Shown: positions 50,915-62,948, counted from the first letter of the whole stretch. The stretch: DNA of 62,982 nt, filler included, from Octopus bimaculoides (GCF_001194135.2; 4 parts of 3 records of this genome joined end to end with filler, not necessarily neighbours in it), one strand, 5' to 3'. Numbers and translations are program-made. Notes: generated from the sequence alone by a model not told the origin.

Positions 50915-51223
50915 CCCACTGTGTGGCATCTTGGGCAAGTGTTTTCTACTATAGCCTCGGGCCGACCAAAGCCTTGTGAGTGGATTTGGTAGACGGAAAC
51001 TGAAAGAAGCCCGTCGTATGTCTGTGTTTGTCCCCCTACCATCGATTGACAACCGATGCTGGTGTGTTTACGTCTCCGTAACTTAGCGGTTCGGCAAAAG
51101 AGACCAATAGAATAAGTACCAGGCTTCCAAAGAATAAGTCCTAGGGTCGATTTGCTCGACTAAAGGCAGTGCTCCAGCATGGCCGCAGTCAAATGACTGA
51201 AACAAGTAAAAGAGTAAAAAGAG
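50915..51223 (+). mobile_element. SINE family A copy (5' end in gap)
   Basis: Near-identical to 20290-20652. Confidence 0.92.
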
Positions 51224-51777
51224 TATACATCGGTCAATATATATATGTACATAGGTCAAATGACCGTGTTTAAATTCCTCATCCTTCTCTCTACTTTATG
51301 TTTTTATTATTTTTGTTTTTTTATTTTTTATTCCTATTTTCTCTCTACATTTATATTCTTCTACCTTACCATGCTCTCTGCCCATTCTGATCGATTCTTC
51401 CTTGTGTTAACAAGTACCTCCTTTCCACGATGTAAACTTTCATTCAATCAAGGCATCCTTGACCTGACGTGTAGCCTGCGGTATACACCTCGCTTGGATA
51501 TTTATCACTTCCGAGGTTCCGTTTGCTATGAAATATATGTAACCCGAATCTTATCAACTCCATTTCTTAACTCTTGTGTTGTTATTCGCATACCCGGCAA
51601 ACCTAGTCGCCTACTGTGAAACATAAAAATAATTTTTTTCAAGTTATCGTACTTCGATACGGAAATATCTATAATTTTCCGTCTGAATAAACCACTATTG
51701 TCTCCCTGAAAGTTGTCTTTTTACATTTACTACGAATTGCTTGAAGCTAACTTTCTTCCTACACCTCGATCCTTAGA

Positions 51778-51826
<49 letters not shown>

Positions 51827-51879
51827 AACATATGTGTGTGTGTGTGTGTGTGTGCGTGTGTGTGTGTGTGTGTCTGTTT

Positions 51880-52087
51880 GTGTCTTTGTGCTTTGTGTTT
51901 GTGTTTCACTCACCGCTTGTGAAGTAGTGTTAGTTTGCTTACGTTCCAGTAACTTAGCGCTTCGATAAAAGAAACCGATAGAATAAATAGCAGACTTACA
52001 AAAAGTAAGTACTGCAATTTGTTCGACTAAACCCTTTAAGGTGGTGCCCCACCATGACCACGATTGAAACAGGTAAAATATAAAAAG
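51880..52087 (+). mobile_element. Degenerate SINE family A 3' half
   Basis: GTAACTTAGCGCTTCG...ACCGATAGAATAA...TTTGTTCGACTAA. Confidence 0.7.
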
Positions 52088-53087
52088 ATAATATATTGAA
52101 ACCAATATACTAAACTTAACAGATATACTTTAACACATTATTCTAAATACACTGTTGTACGTACACTATAGTGTTCACATTATAGAACGTACAGTATTCT
52201 AGACAAAATATACATCACAAAATATCCTTCTCACAGTAATGTACATGCAATGTAACATACAAAGGATTCGCCGAATAATAAGTATTCCAAACTTTGCTAA
52301 TTCGATTATGGAACATTATACCTTCCATTATTTATGGATTAATTTCTTTTTCTTCTGTCTCTGTATCATACTTCTTGCAACATAACACAAATTATTTAGA
52401 TTTTTTTTACTGGTGATTTGTTTTTGTTCTTTTCTCCAATATTTGTTCTTCATCAGAACATTGATGCAAAATAAAAAAAACAACCGAAAACTATAGGAAA
52501 TAGAGGAGAAACAGACAACATTTTTCTAAGATTATGGAAGCAAATAAAATTAGACATGAAGATTCTTTGGTATTTCAGGTATGAATTTAGAGTTTACACT
52601 AAATGTAAAGAGGGGAAAAAAATAATGGTATCCAGATGACTAACGATAAGAAATCTATTTCAATCTCTTGAAGTTTGTTTCATGGTAGAAGCTGTCTTAA
52701 TTCAACTATAAGCTTTTTATTAGATTTACACGCGACACAGTGCACACAATCACATACACACATAGAGACATACGCAAACGGCATATCTCACTAGTTTACC
52801 ATTCATATACATAATTGCCCACATAAAGACATTTCGTTTGATTCTGTATTTCACTATATCGTTTGTGTGTGAATTAAGAGACAAATGTATAAGTATCTTT
52901 GACTTACTGAAGTTGTCCATTCCTAATTATCTTATCTGACTATCTTTCTATTGAATATACTTGTCAGTCAGTTTATCTCTCCATGTTATGTATCTATCAA
53001 ACTCTTCTCTCTGATGTTTTTCTCTTTACACAAACCAACGCAACATAGTCTGTTACAGAGTAAATATTGTTACTTTAAGTTTCATGT

Positions 53088-53306
53088 TAGTTTCAAATTT
53101 TAGTACAAGACCAGTAATTATGGGAAAGTGGCTAAGTCGATTACATCGTCCCCCAGTGCTCAACTGGTGTTTATTTTGTGGACCCCGAAAGAATGAAAGG
53201 CTTAACCTACCTCGGTGGAATTTGAACTCAGAACATAAAGACGGACGAAAAACCACTAAGCATTTTGCCCGGTGTGCTAACAATTCTGCCAGCTCACCAC
53301 CTTTCC
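53088..53306 (-). mobile_element. SINE family B copy
   Basis: CCTCGGTGGAATTTGAACTCAGAAC...GCTAACAATTCTGCCAGCTCACCACCTT. Confidence 0.88.
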
Positions 53307-53956
53307 TTTAAATTTCATATATGCCATAAAGTAAATACTCAATAGGTAAAAAAGGTATTAAAGTCCTTTCGGATCAGGGCACATTTAGAAACACTTCATT
53401 TAGGGCTAGCTTTAATTTAAAAGAACGGTAATTTTTTCCCCTCCGTCTGATATACACACACTCACACACACACACCAATATAAAATATCTATGATATAGT
53501 CTGTTATAGATTAATACATGGTTACTTTAAGCTCCATATTGATCATAAACCAAATAACTAATAGAAATAACAATATAGAAAACAAACAAACACATCTTTT
53601 CGGACCCGAGCGTTTATAGAAAGACATACTTTACGACTAGCTTTAGTTAAAAAACAAAAACAAAACGATTACTTTTCTTCTGTCCTATAAGTATTTAGTT
53701 TATGATGAACGTGAAACTTGAAACAATGATGCTTTAGTCGCTATCACATTATATAATGTGTATATATATTTCGTGTAAAAAGAAAAACAACTTTCTTACA
53801 CACATTTACACATATATCCGTAGGGACCAATATAATGAAAACGGAAGACATTAGCACATGCTTAAATCTATCACTGAAGTCATGACGAAAACATTTTTTA
53901 AACAAGCAATACTAATGGGGATTTCTTATTTTATTGTCTTATTTCTTATTTTCTAG

Positions 53957-54303
53957 ATGGTCAGCCGCTTGACTGTTCAGAAGCGAACTAAGTTAGCAGC
54001 ACGGTATGAAGTGTGGAATTTCGTTGGTTTGGTTCAGAGCTGGTGGCGTGCATGGAAAGGTAAGCATGCAACACTACATCCGGAGATAATAAAAAGTTGG
54101 TATGCGGAACTGATGACCACGGGAGCTGTGAACGATGCAAGAAGAAGTGGCTGTCCAGCCACATCTCGATCAGCGGAGAACGTGGCAACAGTGCAGGAAA
54201 TGTTTAATCGCAGCCTGCGAAAATCAACACGTGAAACAGCTCGTGAAAATTGACTAGCAAGGCACATAATACGTACGGTGTTGCATAAAGAATTTAATTT
54301 TTG
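53957..54303 (+). mobile_element. Tc1/mariner transposase N-terminal HTH relic
   Basis: MVSRLTVQKRTKLAARYEVWN...TGAVNDARRSGCPATSRSAENVATVQEMFNRSLRKSTRETARE...IRTVLHKEFNF matches the RSGRP...SPRKSTR N-terminal pattern of mariner-like transposases. The frame is broken by stops and a microsatellite. Confidence 0.82.
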
Positions 54304-54772
54304 ATCTCACACACACACACACACATACACACATAAATACATACACAAACACATACATACACACACATGCTTCCGAATGTCTGAGGCAATTGAAATATTT
54401 TCTGGTCCACGAAACTTCTTTAGCAACGTAACTTAACCAACATTTACTCAATATATGCAACTTTAACTGTATAAAGTGCCATTTCTGTTGATCTGTTCAC
54501 TCACGTACATACACATCTCAATACGACAGTAAAAATTTATTGTGAGACCTGGTATGTTCAATATATCAGTGAGATCATCTGAGTTATGCCGAGGTGAGGT
54601 AATCGTCAGATTAGTAAAGTATTGAGGAGTAGACGATATATTCATAGTATTATTATACCTGACTATGAATAATTAATTATAACAGTTATTATAGTCCACT
54701 CTGCATTGTTGTGCCATTCAAGACACGTTATATTTCACAAACAATACTCAATGCTTCAAGAGAACTACAATA

Positions 54773-54810
<38 letters not shown>

Positions 54811-54950
54811 NNNNNNNNNNNNNNNNNNNNNNNNNNNNNNNNNNNNNNNNNNNNNNNNNNNNNNNNNNNNNNNNNNNNNNNNNNNNNNNNNNNNNNNNNN
54901 NNNNNNNNNNNNNNNNNNNNNNNNNNNNNNNNNNNNNNNNNNNNNNNNNN

Positions 54951-55133
54951 TCACTGATATCGAAAAGGTGAAAACAAGCAATGTTAATTCTCTAAATGAA
55001 GTATTAACAGTAACTGCACGATAAAGTGTAGTATATTGCCACTTGAGTGGGGCTAAAAGCAACAGTAACATCCACCCCTAGGGGTCAGCCACACTCAAGT
55101 GGCAATATACTACACTTTATCGTGCAGTTACTG
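54951..55133. mobile_element. Family H deletion derivative with a perfect 42-bp inverted repeat
   Basis: 55008-55049 and 55092-55133 are perfect inverted copies. 54951-55049 aligns to 29656-29755 and 55048-55133 aligns to 29951-30036. Confidence 0.8.
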
Positions 55134-55139
55134 CTTGCA

Positions 55140-55640
55140 AGACACGGTAAGCTTCAGTCGCCGAGCTGTCCAAGATGCGCGAGGGACAGAGAAACCGTTC
55201 CTCACGCTATTGTTTAGTGTCCGGAGATATCTGAAATGTGGGTTTATGCTGAACACCTGTTGTCCGGCGAAGGAAGAGTACAGCTGTCGACTGAGTCAAT
55301 TATAAATATTGATCCACCGGGAGTTTTAACAAACGAAGGTAAGAATTGTTTTCTCACTGTTGTAACAATAGCGAAAGAGGCAGTATGGAAGAGTAGGATA
55401 AAAGGAATTAAGACAGGCAACTTTATCTGTGGCCACAATTTACGATCATTTTTTTACTTTTCATTTGAAAAGGAAGGTGTGGCTTGAGAAGAGATGTCTG
55501 TCGGATTGTACGTTCCAAAAGAGATGGAAACATGTTGCACGAGTGTTGTGCGTGCAACGAACCGTGTGAATAGACGGAAAAAAGAGAACAAAAAAGGTAC
55601 CAGCGATAGATCGGGGCTTGTGGGGTCGGAGCGTGGCCTG
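55140..55640 (+). mobile_element. L1/Tx1-type LINE 3' end (ORF2 C-terminal zinc finger)
   Basis: SCPRCARDRETVPHAIV*CPEISEMWVYAEHLL...IAKEAVWKSRIKG, a CX2C..ET..HX4C motif at 55167. Homologous to 59913. Confidence 0.85.
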
Positions 55641-55809
55641 ATCATCGCTTCATTTGTATTGTCCACGTATTGTTAATTTCATTCGATTTTTTATATATTT
55701 CATTTAATTTTTAAACGTTATATTTTATGTAAAATCATATCGATTTACTGATTCCATCAGTTGTTCTGTCTATTTCTATGTTTAGCCCCTGGTGGGCAAT
55801 AAAGAAATT

Positions 55810-55980
55810 GGTATTTCGTTTGCCGTTACGTTCTGAGTTCAAATTCCGCCGAGGTCGACTTTGCTTTTCGTCCTCTCGGGGTCGATAAATTATGTACCAG
55901 TTGCGTACTGGGGTTGATCTAATCGACTGGTCCCCTGAACCAACATTTCAGGCCTTGTACCTAGAGTAGAAAAGAATATT
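55810..55980 (+). mobile_element. SINE family B copy (5'-truncated); another head starts at ~55990
   Basis: TTACGTTCTGAGTTCAAATTCCGCCGAGGTCGACTTTGC...CCTAGAGTAGAAAAGAATAT. Confidence 0.88.
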
Positions 55981-56687
55981 GAGTGTCTCAAAGGCGGCGA
56001 GATGGCAGAGAGTTTACGGAAATATATATGTATATATATATATATNNNNNNNNNNNNNNNNNNNNNNNNNNNNNNNNNNNNNNNNNNNNNNNNNNNNNNN
56101 NNNNNNNNNNNNNNNNNNNNNNNNNNNNNNNNNNNNNNNNNNNNNNNNNNNNNNNNNNNNNNNNNNNNNNNNNNNNNNNNNNNNNNNNNNNNNNNNNNNN
56201 NNNNNNNNNNNNNNNNNNNNNNNNNNNNNNNNNNNNNNNNNNNNNNNNNNNNNNNNNNNNNNNNNNNNNNNNNNNNNNNNNNNNNNNNNNNNNNNNNNNN
56301 NNNNNNNNNNNNNNNNNNNNNNNNNNNNNNNNNNNNNNNNNNNNNNNNNNNNNNNNNNNNNNNNNNNNNNNNNNNNNNNNNNNNNNNNNNNNNNNNNNNN
56401 NNNNNNNNNNNNNNNNNNNNNNNNNNNNNNNNNNNNNNNNNNNNNNNNNNNNNNNNNNNNNNNNNNNNNNNNNNNNNNNNNNNNNNNNNNNNNNNNNNNN
56501 NNNNNNNNNNNNNNNNNNNNNNNNNNNNNNNNNNNNNNNNNNNNNNNNNNNNNNNNNNNNNNNNNNNNNNNNNNNNNNNNNNNNNNNNNNNNNNNNNNNN
56601 NNNNNNNNNNNNNNNNNNNNNNNNNNNNNNNNNNNNNNNNNNNNNNNNNNNNNNNNNNNNNNNNNNNNNNNNNNNNNNNNNNNNNNN

Positions 56688-56728
<41 letters not shown>

Positions 56729-57159
56729 CTCTTATTTCCTTATTCTTATTTTATTATTTCTCTACATTCAAATTTCCACCTCACTATTTTTGGTTATCCT
56801 AATGATTTTCACCTTTTATCCTACCTAATTATTTCGCCTATGCATATTTTTCTTTTTGCAAAATCAAGTTTTCTTTTTACTGACTCTTAAGTGCCAGTAG
56901 ATGTGAGTCTATTTTTTCAGATTTTTACTCTCAATTCTTATTGCCGAGTGAGACGAGTGTTTGCCTAAATATAGACAAATGCCTAATTGAGTGCCTCTGG
57001 ATGTATGAGTGTATGCATGACTGTATAGATACATATACACATATGCATATCTGTGTGTGCCTGCGCATAATTATGTGGACCTGTAGATATTTTATGTAGT
57101 GTGTAGATATTTTATATGTACATATATTTATGCTGTTATATATGTGAGTACATACACAC

Positions 57160-57206
<47 letters not shown>

Positions 57207-57307
57207 NNNNNNNNNNNNNNNNNNNNNNNNNNNNNNNNNNNNNNNNNNNNTTAATTAATTAANNNNNNNNNNNNNNNNNNNNNNNNNNNNNNNNNNNNNN
57301 NNNNNNA

Positions 57308-57648
57308 CGTTTCTCGAAAAGAAATGGAAAAACTTTCAAAATACAAAGACCTGGAAATAGAGATAACTCGAATGTGGAATCTAAAAACAGAAACAATTCC
57401 TATCATAGTAGGTGCCTTAGGTATAATAAAAAAATATTCAGACAAATACATTACAAAAATAGCAGGACTTACAAATATATATAACATACAGAAAATTGCA
57501 CTACTGGGTACTGCACACATTCTACGCAAAACACTTTCAATACAGTAAACATAAGAGCACCACAGCAAACCACAGCACATACCCAAGGCGCACAGAGCTG
57601 CGCTCGGTAGTGAAGTGAAAGCACGTTATAAAAATAAAACTACTGAAC
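57308..57648 (+). mobile_element. R4/Dong-like (restriction-like endonuclease) non-LTR retrotransposon 3' end, subfamily 1
   Basis: KEMEKLSKYKDLEIEITRMWNLKTETIPIIVGALGII...IQKIALLGTAHILRKTLSIQ* is a typical RLE C-terminus. The 3' UTR ends in (AAT)n. Confidence 0.88.
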
Positions 57649-57666
57649 AATAATAATAATAACAAC

Positions 57667-58165
57667 ACTGACAGAGCGATCCAGGCTAACTGAGCCGGTA
57701 TAATTATTAAAGACAAGGAAGAAAATACTTGTAGACTAGCAGATGTAAGTGTCTCCACTAATAAACATATATCTGTAAAGGAATTTGACAAACTAAGTAA
57801 ATTAAGGACCTGGAAATTGAAATACAAAAGATTTGGCACCTTAAAGCGAGAACTTTTCCTGTTATTGTAGGTGCCCTAGGTATCATAAAAAAAGGAGATG
57901 TCAGAAACATCTTGATAATATCCCAAGAGAACCACCTATCAGAGAAATCTAAAAGATTGTACTGACAAGTATTGCCCACGTTCTTAGAAAAACCCTATCC
58001 ATTTAAACGTTTGTGTTGTATTACATGAAGATATTTCACTACTGCCCCTGCCACATCCTCTCTCCAAGCTTTCGGTCAAACTTTAACATCTATTATCCTT
58101 CAATCATCCTAGGACGCTGGGTGTGTCTAGGCAAGTGATTGTAACAAACATGCAGATTAAAAGTA
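57667..58165 (+). mobile_element. R4/Dong-like RLE non-LTR retrotransposon 3' end, subfamily 2, decayed
   Basis: TDRAIQAN*AGIIIKDKEENTCRLADVSV...KEFDKLSK/DLEIEIQKIWHLK...PVIVGALGII...HVLRKTLSI*. Flanked by identical AATAATAATAATAACAAC. Confidence 0.85.
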
Positions 58166-58554
58166 AATAATAATAATAACAACAACAACAACAACAACAA
58201 CAACAATAATAATAATAATGATAATAATAATAATAATAATAATAATACCCATAGAACTACACATGCATCTTAATGTTTACACAACTACGTGAAAATCACA
58301 GGACACACTCACGCATACGAAAACACATATCACAAACGAAGCAAAACCAAAACTTTTTTTTCTTCTTTATTTATTTTCATTTTGTGAACAAACACAGACA
58401 GTGAACCATTCATAAGTTTAAAACGCCACGCACACACACACACACACACACACANNNNNNNNNNNNNNNNNNNNNNNNNNNNNNNNNNNNNNNNNNNNTT
58501 AATTAATTAANNNNNNNNNNNNNNNNNNNNNNNNNNNNNNNNNNNNNNNNNNNN

Positions 58555-58601
58555 CTTGTGAGTGGATTTGGTAGACGGAAACTGAAAGAAGCCTGTCGTA
58601 T
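58555..58601 (+). mobile_element. SINE family A fragment
   Basis: CTTGTGAGTGGATTTGGTAGACGGAAACTGAAAGAAGCCTGTCGTAT. Confidence 0.85.
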
Positions 58602-58639
58602 TTAATAAATTTTTATTGATTTCTTTCAGAATGTAATTT

Positions 58640-59359
58640 TGAATCGTAGAAATCCTTAATTTCAATCATGAAAACAAGAAAAAATGCGTTTTCTTTTATT
58701 GTATGAATTCAATTTTGGACATAATGCCTCCCAAACAACCGCCAATATCAGCAGAGCATGAGGGTAGGGGCTCCACCAGTGATCGGACGGTAAAACAGAG
58801 GTTTGTGAGATTCCGTAGTGAGGATGGGAGCCTTGAAGATCAAGAAAGTAAAGCACGTCTATCCGATTAGCATTTGAAGACAATACAGCTTTCTGGAACC
58901 TAACTAGAGAATTACGTCGGGAGTTTACTGTAAGCAACTGGAAAAAATTGCATGTTCACTTGAACAAAATAAGACCTGCACTTCTGAATCGTCATGGTCA
59001 AATTCTTCTCCATGACAATACTCGACTGCATGCTTCCATGATGACACTGCAGAAGTTCCCACTTTCTATATTCTCCTGATCTTTCACCCACCGAGTACCA
59101 CTTTTTCAAGTATCTAGACAATTTTTAAGGCAAAAAAAAAAAACTTTCCTTTCCAAAACCAAGGTCGAAACTGAATTCAAGGATTTCTTGGCATCAAAAC
59201 CGTTGGATCTTCATCGAAAAGACATAAATGACCTTGATAATGGATGGGAGAAATGCACAGCTGTTCAGGGAGCATATTTTGAATAATCAAAACCTTGTAT
59301 AAATTTTGTTTTTCAAATTGGCCATTTTGGAATTAGCCATTATTTTCCGAACAACTTAA
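58640..59359 (+). mobile_element. Internally deleted mariner (DD34D-type) relic with right TIR
   Basis: MRFLLLYEFNFGHNASQ...VKQRFVRFRSEDGSLED; IRPALLNRHGQILLHDN; YSPDLSPTEYHFFKYLDNF; WEKCTAVQGAYFE*. Ends TTTTCCGAACAACTTAA|TA, a mariner-like TIR plus TA. Confidence 0.88.
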
Positions 59360-59411
59360 TACTCACACAAACACAGACACACACATATATTTGTGTCGAT
59401 GTGTATATACA

Positions 59412-59554
59412 TAGGCGCAGGCGCGGTTGTGTGGTAAGAAGATTACTTCCCAACCACACGGTTCTGGCTTCAATCTCACTGCGTGGAATCTTGTGCAAGT
59501 GTCTTTTACTATAGCTTCGGGTCGACCAAACCTTTGTGAGTGGATCTTGTAGAC
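59412..59554 (+). mobile_element. SINE family A 5' half fused to a LINE fragment
   Basis: TAGGCGCAGG..GTGTGGTAAGAAG...TTGTGAGTGGATCTTGTAGAC, then an abrupt switch. Confidence 0.85.
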
Positions 59555-60165
59555 ACGATTTTACGCAGCTCGTTTCTTTAACAGAGCTGCAATCCTGGAT
59601 CAAACGTAGACCGAGAAAGGGCGCTTGGCACCTCGAGTGCCGCCAGGCTCTCACCGCCCTCAGTCAGGCGGGCAATGCGATCGGTAGTAGCTCCACGCTA
59701 GCGTCCTATAGGGGGTTAGTGGAGGAAAGTGCGACGACGTTCTCGGGGAAACTATTGGCGTCGAAGATAATCAGTTAAGCAGTCTGTTCGGAAGAACTTT
59801 CGGACCGGGACCCATGGATAACTTCTAAAGGTCCCTCGCCTGGCAGTGCAACCGAGGGGCGCTGTCTGTTCGAGATAAACTCTACCGGCACGGAAGTGCC
59901 GTCAGCCGAGCCTGCCCGAGGTGTGCTCAGGACGACGAAACCGTTCTGCAAACACTCGTCCAGTGCCCGAGCATTGCTGACCTGTGGGTTTATGTCGAAC
60001 AACTACTGTCACGTGTAGGACGGATCTGGCTATCAGCTGAATCCATCGTGAAGATTTTCCCGCCGACCTCCTTTAACCGGGAGGGCAAGGCAATTTTCCT
60101 ATGTCTAGTGGCTGTAGCGAAAGAGGTGGTATGGTGGACCCGTTTGAAAGGGCTAAAGTCAGAGA
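59555..60165 (+). mobile_element. L1/Tx1-type LINE ORF2 C-terminal fragment
   Basis: ...SLAWQCNRGALSVRDKLYRHGSAVSRACPRCAQDDETVLQTLVQCPSIADLWVYVEQLL...VAKEVVWWTRLKG. GC-rich, with one frameshift and one stop. Confidence 0.88.
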
Positions 60166-61036
60166 TTTCTTTCTAGAAAACAAAAATTAAGGTGAATTGC
60201 AAGAACGGTTAGTGCTTTGAACTTACTGTGAGATTTATTTTCTGAGATCTTTTATGTCCAGAACTTTAATTCTGCCGAGTTCAGATAAAATTAGAACATC
60301 AATTAAGTGTACTGGTATCGAAAATTATTCCTTTGACAATACATACTCGATGTGAATGGATTTACAGAAAACGTCATGTTGTTNNNNNNNNNNNNNNNNN
60401 NNNNNNNNNNNNNNNNNNNNNNNNNNNNNNNNNNNNNNNNNNNNNNNNNNNNNNNNNNNNNNNNNNNNNNNNNNNNNNNNNNNNNNNNNNNNNNNNNNNN
60501 NNNNNNNNNNNNNNNNNNNNNNNNNNNNNNNNNNNNNNNNNNNNNNNNNNNNNNNNNNNNNNNNNNNNNNNNNNNNNNNNNNNNNNNNNNNNNNNNNNNN
60601 NNNNNNNNNNNNNNNNNNNNNNNNNNNNNNNNNNNNNNNNNNNNNNNNNNNNNNNNNNNNNNNNNNNNNNNNNNNNNNNNNNNNNNNNNNNNNNNNNNNN
60701 NNNNNNNNNNNNNNNNNNNNNNNNNNNNNNNNNNNNNNNNNNNNNNNNNNNNNNNNNNNNNNNNNNNNNNNNNNNNNNNNNNNNNNNNNNNNNNNNNNNN
60801 NNNNNNNNNNNNNNNNNNNNNNNNNNNNNNNNNNNNNNNNNNNNNNNNNNNNNNNNNNNNNNNNNNNNNNNNNNNNNNNNNNNNNNNNNNNNNNNNNNNN
60901 NNNNNNNNNNNNNNNNNNNNNNNNNNNNNNNNNNNNNNNNNNNNNNNNNNNNNNNNNNNNNNNNNNNNNNNNNNNNNNNNNNNNNNNNNNNNNNNNNNNN
61001 NNNNNNNNNNNNNNNNNNNNNNNNNNNNNNNNNNNN

Positions 61037-61075
<39 letters not shown>

Positions 61076-61321
61076 CATAATATGGTAAAAATTCGATAAT
61101 TATTAATAGCGATTTAATACCAGGAAACTAGCACATTAAAAGAATCAGAAGATTCTTGAAAAAATTTTTCCGAGATCCTAAAAAGATTATAGTACTTGTG
61201 TATATAAGATTGACCAGTGACCGGTCTGTCAAAACGCTAGAAGAAGCTCACTTAAAAATTCTCAAATAATACGGATTCAGCGGAGCAAAAACAGGCGGGC
61301 TAGACCAGTGAAAATTGTACA

Positions 61322-61540
61322 TACCTCGATTATCTGCAGACTATAGTTTCAAAATCAACATTTTCAAAATAAAAGTGTCTATTTATCTTCAGTACAGATT
61401 GCCGATATTTTTACAACTAGTGAAAGTGTGCACGTGATTCTATCCATTATAAAGATTAAAATTGTAAAATATCGGCAATCTGTACTGAAGATAAATAGAC
61501 ACTTTGATTTTGAAACTATAGTCTGCAGATAATCGAGGTA
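61322..61540. mobile_element. Young MITE with ~80-bp near-perfect TIRs
   Basis: TACCTCGATTATCTGCAGACTATAGTTTCAAAATCAA...GCCGATATTTTTACAA (to 61416) vs TTGTAAAATATCGGC...GATAATCGAGGTA (61462-61540). The left arm has a ~14-nt insertion. TA ends. Confidence 0.9.
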
Positions 61541-61564
61541 TATATATATATATATATATATATT

Positions 61565-61642
<78 letters not shown>

Positions 61643-61729
61643 TAGATATAGATATAGATATAGATATATATATATAGATATATATATATAGATAGATAGA
61701 TATATAGATATATGAGTGTGTGTGTATAT

Positions 61730-61949
61730 ATGTTTGTGTGTCTGTGTTTGTCCCCCCAACATCGCTTGACAACCGATACTAGTGTGTTTACGTCCCCGTA
61801 ACATAGCGGTTCGGCAAAAGAGACCGATAGAATAAGTACTAGGCTTACAAAGAATAAGTCCTGGGGGTCGATTTGCTCGACTAAAGGCGGTGCTCCAGCA
61901 TGGCCGCAGTCAAATCACTGAAACAAGTAAAAGAGAGTAAAAGAGTAAA
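61730..61949 (+). mobile_element. SINE family A 3' half
   Basis: Near-identical to the tail of 50915-51223. Confidence 0.9.
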
Positions 61950-61977
61950 TGGTATTATTGTTATTATACAATGCGCT

Positions 61978-62195
61978 AAGGCGGTGAGCTGGCAGAATCG
62001 TTAGCACGCCGGGCAAAAAAGCTTAGCAGCATTTCGACCATCTTTACATTATGAATTCAAATTCTGCTGGATTCGGCTTTGCCTTTCATCCTATCGGGGT
62101 AGATGAATTAAGTACCAGCAAGACACCCACGCCAGTGTAATCGACAGGCCTCTATCCCAAAGTTTCAGGCCATGTGCTTATAGTAGAAAGGATTA
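61978..62195 (+). mobile_element. SINE family B copy
   Basis: AAGGCGGTGAGCTGGCAGAATCGTTAGCACGCCGGGC head. Confidence 0.85.
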
Positions 62196-62263
62196 TTATA
62201 GAATGTATTTCATTCATGACTAATTTACAGGTATGTAAACTTTTTCTATATTATTAACATTAA

Positions 62264-62665
62264 GCGTAAGAGTGGCTGTGTGGCTTGCTTACGAACCTCA
62301 TGTTTCCGGGTTCAGTCCCACTGCGTGGAACCTTGGGCAAGTGTCTTCTACTATAGCCTCAGGCCGATCAAAGCCTTGTGAGTGAATTTGGTAGACGGAA
62401 ACTGAAAGAAACCCGTCGTATATATATATATATATGTATATATATGTATGTGTGTGTGTAAGTGTTTGTGTGTTTGTCCTCCCAACATCGCTTGACAACC
62501 GATGCTGGTGTGTTTAATTTCCCGTAACGTAGCGGTTCGGCAAAAGAGATCGATAGAATAAGTACTAGGCTTACAAAGAATAAGTCCTGAGGTCGATTTT
62601 GCTCAACTAAAAGGCGGTGCTCCAGCATGGCTACAGTCAAATTACTGAAACAAGTAAAGGAGTAT
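62264..62665 (+). mobile_element. SINE family A, near-complete copy
   Basis: Head, CORE-like segment, internal microsatellite and tail all present. Confidence 0.9.
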
Positions 62666-62948
62666 AACTGTCTTTCCGATTCTCTAGTAAATTCAGCTGA
62701 TCCACAGCCGAACACATAAGTCCTTATGGAGCTTCGTTATGAGTTTGTTGTCTGAGAGTGTAATTAACCATGTCTCTAAGAAACGCTTACGAAATATAAA
62801 TAGATTACGTACGGAAGGATACAATGTATTGAACGTTGTATCTTTTTATCTTTTGGGCTATAATTATATATCGCTGATATATTTAACTAAGAAAGGAGTG
62901 AGTGTTCCTGTGATTACTGTATCAATCAGCGTTTATATATACACACAC

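Noticed and set aside
51330-51620. Possible CR1-type LINE tail on the minus strand
   Set aside because: Only a faint QxATRF-like resemblance with many stops; insufficient.
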